A stretch of 64,000 bases of DNA, taken from contig CAZLRV010000001.1 of the NCBI GenBank assembly GCA_964562175.1, positions 50,181 to 114,180 on the forward strand, read 5' to 3'. Below the pieces are notes generated by a model. The model was not told the DNA's origin, made no database searches, and was given only the letters and a program-made list of their open reading frames with translations. A program made the translations under genes and the position numbers. Shown in pieces: positions 57,561 through 64,000 of the stretch. Origin of the DNA: an uncultured Lachnospiraceae bacterium. Its GTDB lineage: Bacteria; Bacillota; Clostridia; Oscillospirales; CAG-272. Position 1 is the stretch's first letter; the number at the start of each line of letters is the position of its first letter.

Positions 57561-58367
57561 TTATTTTTTTCGTTTTTTTCTCAAAAAAATCGCATAGAAC
57601 ATGGCTCTGTGTCGATTTGAAAGAAGCATTTGCACGAAATATCTGACACTTATATTGAAAAACATTCTCGCCGTGCTTATCATTCCGCATTCTCTCATAT
57701 AACGTTGAACGCTTTTTTCGCTCTCATAATATTCTTTTCCGCCCCGTCTTTTATATGTTCCCTCACCGACACGCACGCAGCACAGCACATCGGGCAAATT
57801 TGCGAAAACGCACCCGTCCTTTGCCATTCTTGCCCACAAATAATAATCCTCGTTGCAGTGCAGACTCATATAGCCGCCGACTCGCTCAACACTGCTCTTT
57901 TTCAGCACGACGGTCATCTGATTCATCGGGCATCTTTTCTTCATGTCTTTTTTTATTCTGCCGTCATCCGTCTTGACCCTGCGCACGCCTTGCTTGCCCG
58001 TGTCGGAAAATTCTTCTATCTGCCCTCCGAGCACATCCGTTTTGGGGTGTGCGGTCAAATATGCAAGCTGTTTTTCAAATCTGTCTGGAAGTGCGATATC
58101 ATCCGCATCCATTACCGCTACATATTCGTGCTTACACGCACTCAATGCCGCATTTCTCGCACGTGCGTGATCGCCGCCGGAGCTTGTCCGAACAAGCGTT
58201 GCATCGAGAGTGGAAATATATTTCTCCGTCTGCTCTCCGAGCTGTCCGTCAAGACATATAACGAGTTGATCGGGCATCCGGCTCTGTTGTAAAATACTTT
58301 GCACGGCTTGCTTGAAATGCTCAAGGTCATCGTATCGACAAACGCAAATATAGCACGAAAGTTTCAT
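57561..58367 (-). CDS. GT2 glycosyltransferase
   Basis: ARNAAL, VMDADDIALPDRFEKQ, EDYYLW. Confidence 0.9.
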   Translation of the reverse strand: MKLSCYICVCRYDDLEHFKQAVQSILQQSRMPDQLVICLDGQLGEQTEKYISTLDATLVRTSSGGDHARARNAALSACKHEYVAVMDADDIALPDRFEKQLAYLTAHPKTDVLGGQIEEFSDTGKQGVRRVKTDDGRIKKDMKKRCPMNQMTVVLKKSSVERVGGYMSLHCNEDYYLWARMAKDGCVFANLPDVLCCVRVGEGTYKRRGGKEYYESEKSVQRYMRECGMISTARMFFNISVRYFVQMLLSNRHRAMFYAIFLRKKRKK

Positions 58368-59011
58368 TTTCCCTCCCCACGCATTATCTCGTCAAATTCC
58401 TCTTGCGTTATTTTTCCGAGCCGCAACAGCCATTGCCCGTAATCTCCGCACGGCGAATTATCGTCAAAGCGATGAAAAAGCACCGTTTTCACCGTTGCGG
58501 CTATTATTTTCACATCGCCCAAAAAGGTTATATCGTCAACATATTCAAGGTCGCATTTGAACTTCACATCCCATACCAACGCCGAGCTGCCCTTGGATTG
58601 CGCAAGCCCCGTAAGTCCCGGTAAAACGCTTTGCCTGCGCATTATTTCCTTTGAGTAAAAAAGCATATCACGCCTAAGCTGAGGCCTCGGACCGACAAAG
58701 CTCATTTCCCCACGCAAGATATTGTAAAGCTCCGGCAGCTCATCAAGGTGAGTGCGCCGCAGCAGGCGTCCGACTCTGCCCGTCCTCTCCTCGTCCGAAA
58801 GCTCCGTTTCCTCGCTCATCGTCCTGAATTTTATCAGCTTAAAGCATACCCCATTCAATCCGGGGCGTTTTTGGCAAAAAAACACGGGGCGACCCATCGA
58901 GAACAATATCGTGAGCGAAAGCACGGCAAGTGCGGGAATGAGCAAGAGCAAAAGCAACAGCGAAAAAATCACATCAAGCATCCGTTTGAAATATTTTTTG
59001 TACACTCTCAT
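58364..59011 (-). CDS. Second priming sugar phosphotransferase (PglC-like)
   Basis: KRMLDV, KFRTM, LRRTHLDELPEL, MSFVGPRP. Confidence 0.9.
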   Translation of the reverse strand: MRVYKKYFKRMLDVIFSLLLLLLLIPALAVLSLTILFSMGRPVFFCQKRPGLNGVCFKLIKFRTMSEETELSDEERTGRVGRLLRRTHLDELPELYNILRGEMSFVGPRPQLRRDMLFYSKEIMRRQSVLPGLTGLAQSKGSSALVWDVKFKCDLEYVDDITFLGDVKIIAATVKTVLFHRFDDNSPCGDYGQWLLRLGKITQEEFDEIMRGEGK

Positions 59012-59188
59012 CCCCCCGATATCGTTTGCAAAAGCTCAGATCAAGCCTTTGTGTATCAGTATATCATATTATTTCGGAAAAATCAATACATATCCGTTTA
59101 CAAATAAAACATTAACATTTTACGGTTGATAAACAGCGAAAAATATGATATCATAACGACGATAACACAAACCGAAAAAGAGTGTATT

Positions 59189-60319
59189 ATGTCGTACAGG
59201 ATATTTCTCTCACCTCCGCATCTGTGCGGAAAAGAATATGAATACATAAAAAATGCATTGGACTCAAATTACATAGCGCCGTGCGGCGAGCATATAGACC
59301 TGTTTGAGCGTGAGCTTGCCACGCTTGTCGGCTACCCCTCCGCTCTTGCTGTGAACAGTGCAACATCAGGTATACACCTTGCGCTTTTGAGTCTCGGCGT
59401 AAAAGAGGGCGATACAGTTTTTTGCTCCGATCTGACCTTCGTCGCAAGCTGTAACCCGATACTTTATCTCAAAGCACACCCCGTTTTCATCGACAGCACC
59501 GAGGGCGGAGTATGCACAAGCCCCGTAGCACTAAAGAAAGCGTTTGAATACCACGCCCGACATAACAGCCTGCCGCGTGCGGTGATAATTGTCGATCTGT
59601 ACGGTCACAGTGCCGAATGGGACGAGCTTTTGCCGCTCTGCCACAGCTACGGCGTACCCGTTATCGAGGATTGTGCCGAGGCGCTCGGCTCAACGTATCG
59701 CAACGCATCTTGCGGCACCTTCGGCGACATTTCTGTCTTTTCGTTCAACGGCAACAAAATAATAACCACCTCCGGCGGCGGAATGGTCCTCTCCGACGAC
59801 TTATCGGTGCTTGAGCATATGCGCAAGCTCTCAACTCAAGCACGTGAGGACAAGCCATGGTATGAGCATAAAGAATGCGGCTACAATTACAGAATGAGCA
59901 ACATAAGTGCCGCAATAGGCAGAGCCCAGCTCACCTTTTTGACGCAAAAGCTCAAGCGTCGATACGAGATAGCCGAAGCCTACAAAACAGCCTTTTCCTC
60001 GCTTCCCGTCCGTATGCTTTCCCCGTGCGATGCTTGCGTACCGAACAATTGGCTCAACGTGCTTTACATAAACGACGACACCGTCACACCCGCACAGATG
60101 ATCGCCCACCTCACCGAGCGTGGAATAGAGGCACGTCACGCATGGAAGCCCATGCATATGCAACCGCTTTTTGCCGCCGCCCGTGCCTATTCGCACCTTG
60201 ACGACGGTTTTGCCTGTGAGGACATATTTTCTCACGCTCTTTGCTTGCCGTCGGGTGACGGGCTGAGCGATGATGAGCTTGATGAAATAATCTCAGCTGT
60301 AAAAGAATGCTTTAGGTGA
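59189..60319 (+). CDS. DegT/DnrJ-family nucleotide-sugar aminotransferase
   Basis: IFLSPPH, IEDCAEALG, FSFNGNKIITTSGGG, GYNYRMSN. Confidence 0.93.
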   Translation: MSYRIFLSPPHLCGKEYEYIKNALDSNYIAPCGEHIDLFERELATLVGYPSALAVNSATSGIHLALLSLGVKEGDTVFCSDLTFVASCNPILYLKAHPVFIDSTEGGVCTSPVALKKAFEYHARHNSLPRAVIIVDLYGHSAEWDELLPLCHSYGVPVIEDCAEALGSTYRNASCGTFGDISVFSFNGNKIITTSGGGMVLSDDLSVLEHMRKLSTQAREDKPWYEHKECGYNYRMSNISAAIGRAQLTFLTQKLKRRYEIAEAYKTAFSSLPVRMLSPCDACVPNNWLNVLYINDDTVTPAQMIAHLTERGIEARHAWKPMHMQPLFAAARAYSHLDDGFACEDIFSHALCLPSGDGLSDDELDEIISAVKECFR

Positions 60320-60323
60320 AAAA

Positions 60324-60749
60324 ATGAGCAAAAAGATAGATTTTAAAGATGTCCTGCCGCTGATAGAAGCAACTGTAAGCTCCGACGGGCGTTTTCCTCT
60401 CGTCGTAAGCGGTACCAGCATGAAACCGTTTTTGCGTGAACATACGGACACGGTGATGATATCCAAGGTCATTTTACCTATCAAAAAAGGCGATCTGCTC
60501 TTTGTCATTGCCGAAAACGGTCTGCCGATACTGCACCGAGTTACAAAAATAACCGATAAGGGGTACGTTTTGACCGGTGACAACCAAATTCGCCCCTCCG
60601 GCCCGTACTCGGGCGACGATATAATCGGCGCAGTGTATTCCCGTATACGCAACGGAAAAGAAAAAAAGACGAACACCGCTCGTATTCGTCTTCTTGTTCG
60701 GTTGAACAGACTCAAGCTCCGCTTGGGCAGAGCCGTGCTTCAGCCGTAA
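60324..60749 (+). CDS. Second S24/S26-family peptidase (soluble)
   Basis: SGTSMKPFL, ILHRV, TGDN; no TM segment. Confidence 0.82.
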   Translation: MSKKIDFKDVLPLIEATVSSDGRFPLVVSGTSMKPFLREHTDTVMISKVILPIKKGDLLFVIAENGLPILHRVTKITDKGYVLTGDNQIRPSGPYSGDDIIGAVYSRIRNGKEKKTNTARIRLLVRLNRLKLRLGRAVLQP

Positions 60750-61945
60750 ATATATTCGTTTATTCTTCGCCTGTTTGCGGAAATATCTATTTTCGTAACA
60801 GCGATATTTCCCGTATAACCACTCGGTCGAACGTATGCATATTCCCAAGTTCCGTCAAACGGAGCTTGCGTCGATTTGATACTGTTCAGACCGTTTTTTA
60901 ATATACTGCTTGCCAGCGATATGCAATTTGAAAACGGAACATTCGTCCTGACAAACGTAAGTGCTTTTTTGACTAACTCCATGGCATCGTTGTAATTCAT
61001 ACTCATTATTCTGTTATACATAGCCGTAAGCACATCGCGCTGTCGCCTTGCTCTCTCAAAATCCGTGCCCGCAAGTGAACGGTTTCTGCAATGGCGCAGT
61101 GCCTGCGTACCGTTGAGGTGATTCGTTCCGACGTGTGCCTTCCAACCGAGATTATTGTTGTAATAATTGACCTCGGCTTGTGTCAGCTCAACGTCGATGC
61201 CGCCCATTTCGTCAACTATTTCCGACACTCCCGAAAAATCGATAACGGCATACTGCTGTATATCGAGATCGAAAACATAATTCACGGTGTTTATATAAAG
61301 TCCCATACCGCCGTAGGACAGTGCGTGACCCAGCTTGTTCCATTCGTGACCCTCAATAGGCACATAACAATCTCGCAGTAAGGAAACTATCGAGGCATCT
61401 CCCGTTTTTGTATTATACGAAACGACCATCGCCGAATCGGCACGTCCGTAATACGAGCCGACATCACGTCCGACGAGAATAAAATTCTGTATATTTTTTT
61501 GTTTTTGCTCTACCTTATATATCGGTATCTTTCCGACATAATTATCGGGCATCGGATATGATACCTGCCCACCCGATGAGCCTGAGGAAGCGGAGCCGCT
61601 CGGATTTGACGGCACATACGGCGTTGCCGTTTCCGGTGGGTCTTGCTCCTGTGTGTCCGCCCCCTCCGTTTCAATGCTCGGTTCATCCGGCTCGGGCTCG
61701 TCCGTTATCGGTGTAAATATTCCGTCCGTTACGATATTCGGCGGATTTTCTATATCGACCTGATATGTGCTGTCGCTTTTTACGGGCTTGTTATGCTCGT
61801 ACGATATACTGTGCAGCTGCTTCAACATTATAGCCGCCGCAGACAGCAATGCTATTATAAGAATAAGAATGACCGAGAGGGAGATAAGAATTATTTTTCT
61901 TACCCTCCTCCACCGTTTTGCGTTTTTGCTTTTATCCTTGCCCAT
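60740..61945 (-). CDS. LCP-family glycopolymer-peptidoglycan ligase
   Basis: N-terminal TM; GRADS, SLLRDCYV, RNR...DFERARRQR. Confidence 0.92.
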   Translation of the reverse strand: MGKDKSKNAKRWRRVRKIILISLSVILILIIALLSAAAIMLKQLHSISYEHNKPVKSDSTYQVDIENPPNIVTDGIFTPITDEPEPDEPSIETEGADTQEQDPPETATPYVPSNPSGSASSGSSGGQVSYPMPDNYVGKIPIYKVEQKQKNIQNFILVGRDVGSYYGRADSAMVVSYNTKTGDASIVSLLRDCYVPIEGHEWNKLGHALSYGGMGLYINTVNYVFDLDIQQYAVIDFSGVSEIVDEMGGIDVELTQAEVNYYNNNLGWKAHVGTNHLNGTQALRHCRNRSLAGTDFERARRQRDVLTAMYNRIMSMNYNDAMELVKKALTFVRTNVPFSNCISLASSILKNGLNSIKSTQAPFDGTWEYAYVRPSGYTGNIAVTKIDISANRRRINEYIYG

Positions 61946-61946
61946 T

Positions 61947-63032
61947 TTATACCGAGTATTTGCCTATGATCTCTTTCATCTGAGGAATCTTTTTTATCAT
62001 ATCCTTTGCAAGAGCTACCTGACATCTCGTTCTCACAAGGTTATGACCGGGATAATCCGTTTTGAAATATTTGTCGCCGTCTATATAGTCCGTCAAAAAT
62101 CTGACCGCCAGCTCAAGTGCCATTACAACGGGGCCGAGGTACATCGTATCTATCTCTTTTTTCGTAAGCGAATGAGCGACAGATGTGATAAAGCCCGATG
62201 AGAACGACTCGAATTTGTCAAGGTCAAGTGAGGTAAGTGCCGTATTCGGCTCGTCCTCTCGTGAGCTGTTTGCCGCAAATCGAACGGCATCGCCGAAATC
62301 GTAAGCCACAAGTCCGGGCATTACCGTGTCAAGGTCTATCACCGCAAGCGATTTTCCCGTTTTCGTGTCGAAAAGCACGTTGTTGCACTTTGTGTCGTTG
62401 TGAGTAACACGCAACGGAAGCTCGCCCGATGCTTGAAGCCTGACAAGACTCTCGCCAAGCTCTCTTGCACTGAGCAAAAACTCTATCTCCTCGCCGACTC
62501 CCTTTGCCCTGTCGTATTCGTCTACCGCAAGGCTCTCGCACAGAGTCGTGTATCGCTTCGCCGTGTTGTGAAAATCGGGAATTATTTCGTAAAGCGTATC
62601 GCCACCGAAATCGGACAACTGCATTTGAAATTTGCCGAACGCCGCTCCCGCACGTCTTAAAATATCGGGATCGTCAAAGACATCATATGTCACCGAATCG
62701 GGAATATAGAAATAACTGCGCCAAAAATTTCCCTCCTCGTCGATGAAATAATTCTTGCCATCGCTCGTTTTCAAGAAATTAAGCACCTCACGCCCGTCCG
62801 TATCGTTCAGCTTTGAGGCAATGTGCGTTGTCACGCGATCGACATTTGACATTATCTCATCGGGCTTTTTGAATACCGTCGTGTTTATGCTCTGCACGAT
62901 ATACTCGGTATTTGCCCCGTCATGCTCAAAGGTCACCTTGAAGGTCTTGTTTATGTTGCCCGTTTTGATTATTTCGATATCTATCATTCTGCCGTCGATG
63001 TTAAACTTGCGGCAAACGGTTGTCAGCTCCAT
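61947..63032 (-). CDS. APH-fold sugar kinase (N-acetylhexosamine 1-kinase-like)
   Basis: GNINKTF, IPDFHNT, THNDTKCNN, VIDLDTVMPG, DFGDAVR, RFLTDY. Confidence 0.82.
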   Translation of the reverse strand: MELTTVCRKFNIDGRMIDIEIIKTGNINKTFKVTFEHDGANTEYIVQSINTTVFKKPDEIMSNVDRVTTHIASKLNDTDGREVLNFLKTSDGKNYFIDEEGNFWRSYFYIPDSVTYDVFDDPDILRRAGAAFGKFQMQLSDFGGDTLYEIIPDFHNTAKRYTTLCESLAVDEYDRAKGVGEEIEFLLSARELGESLVRLQASGELPLRVTHNDTKCNNVLFDTKTGKSLAVIDLDTVMPGLVAYDFGDAVRFAANSSREDEPNTALTSLDLDKFESFSSGFITSVAHSLTKKEIDTMYLGPVVMALELAVRFLTDYIDGDKYFKTDYPGHNLVRTRCQVALAKDMIKKIPQMKEIIGKYSV

Positions 63033-63041
63033 ATTTTCTCC

Positions 63042-63764
63042 TTACAGCGACAACTCCTCGGCAAGAAGTCGAGTCGTATTTTCAGCCGTCGCCATTATTA
63101 CGTTGTATTTTTTATTTACCGTATATCTTGACAGCTTGTCAAAATTCGGTCTGCGCATGGTCATGTTGTGGCTATCCGTGCCGAACACGCATTTGAGCGA
63201 GCCGTCAAAGACGGATGCCATATATCTGCGTGAAAAATAGTCGTACATCGCTTCGTTGTTTATCTGAAAAACAAAATCATCGAGCGAAAGAAGCTCGTTC
63301 AAATGCTCACGCGAAAAAGCTTTCATTACACGGTCAATGTGTGCGACCATTATATTCAACTGCTGTGAATATACAATTTGCTCTATCTCCTCTATCATCC
63401 ACGGCGCAAGGTCATACATGGGAAATTCAAGCAGAATGGTGTTAGAGCCGTTAAGGCAGAGCGGCGACAGATCGTGGTAGGATAGATTTTTATTAAGATG
63501 CACCTCCGCACCGAGGTAGAGTGCGGGCATATTATCCCCGTCGTAGACGGTGAGAAGTCGCTCGTAAGCCTCGTGCCGTCTGTTCAAAAATTCCTCGATA
63601 GGCTCTCTGTTTGAAAAATAATGCGGCGTGAGAAAACAGCGTTCAACGCCGTGGCTATGCTGCAAGAGCAACATTTCACGGCTCATATCGGGGCTTTTCG
63701 CTCCGTCGTCCATTTGAGGAAGTATGTGGCTGTGAAAATCGGTGAAGCTCTTTGTGACGTTCAT
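63042..63764 (-). CDS. cpsB: CpsB/CapC PHP-family tyrosine phosphatase
   Basis: DFHSHILPQMDDGA, TPHY, GAEV, AHIDR, GTDSH. Confidence 0.92.
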   Translation of the reverse strand: MNVTKSFTDFHSHILPQMDDGAKSPDMSREMLLLQHSHGVERCFLTPHYFSNREPIEEFLNRRHEAYERLLTVYDGDNMPALYLGAEVHLNKNLSYHDLSPLCLNGSNTILLEFPMYDLAPWMIEEIEQIVYSQQLNIMVAHIDRVMKAFSREHLNELLSLDDFVFQINNEAMYDYFSRRYMASVFDGSLKCVFGTDSHNMTMRRPNFDKLSRYTVNKKYNVIMATAENTTRLLAEELSL

Positions 63765-63765
63765 T

Positions 63766-64000
63766 TTACCGTTCTATCAAATTTGCGGCAAGTGCCTTGC
63801 CGACAAACGCTTCCACATCCGCACGTGCGGTCTGCTCGCTTACATCGTACTCCGAGAGCATTGCGTCGATAAGCTCTTTTTCACTCATTCCGACACCGAG
63901 CTTTTCCCATAAAAACTTGCCCGTTTCGTTGAGCTTTATGATTCCGTTGAATTTTTGCGCCTCCGCTCCGACCGGGACTATCAAATAGCTGTCACCGACA
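63766..64000 (-). CDS. PqqD-family protein (RiPP recognition element); 5' end beyond the window
   Basis: ...VGDSYLIVPVG...FNGIIKLNETGKFLWEKL...LSEYDVSEQTARADVEAFV..L....LI matches the PqqD winged-helix pattern. Confidence 0.88.
   Translation of the reverse strand, partial: VGDSYLIVPVGAEAQKFNGIIKLNETGKFLWEKLGVGMSEKELIDAMLSEYDVSEQTARADVEAFVGKALAANLIER

Noticed and set aside
37365-59188. Search of intergenic gaps in the glycan locus for a RiPP precursor ORF
   Set aside because: No short ORF with both an RBS and a YxxP-type leader found by eye; a precursor may lie beyond the window

Overview
Chromosomal window from a spore-forming Clostridia-class Firmicute (inferred from spoIIAA-spoIIAB-sigF, rplU-prp-rpmA, a dockerin and Firmicute-type ribosomal leaders). 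The left ~37 kb is mostly housekeeping and metabolic. It holds a sugar ABC transporter with a ~1000-aa binding protein, rpsF-ssb-rpsR, a radical SAM pair plus pncB, a TPP riboswitch with thiT, putP, an esterase-acyltransferase fusion, metY-cysK-Rrf2, an E2-E3-fused E1-transaldolase operon, a probable 6S RNA and a DnaA-box cluster. The right ~27 kb (37.6-64 kb, running off the window edge) is a Wzx/Wzy surface-polysaccharide locus. Interleaved with its genes are RiPP-like parts (a PqqD/RRE protein, two soluble Ser-His S24/S26 peptidases and an NTP_transf_5-like nucleotidyltransferase), two phosphodiester-glycosidase (NAGPA-like) proteins (one ~1800 aa with 73-aa repeats), LicD, a NahK-like kinase and a DD-carboxypeptidase homolog lacking its catalytic motifs. 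This mixed locus is the best candidate for an undescribed system. Two unexplained structured RNA leaders (5.1-5.3 kb and 37.3-37.55 kb) are also flagged. All family calls come from manual motif recognition; no database search was run.
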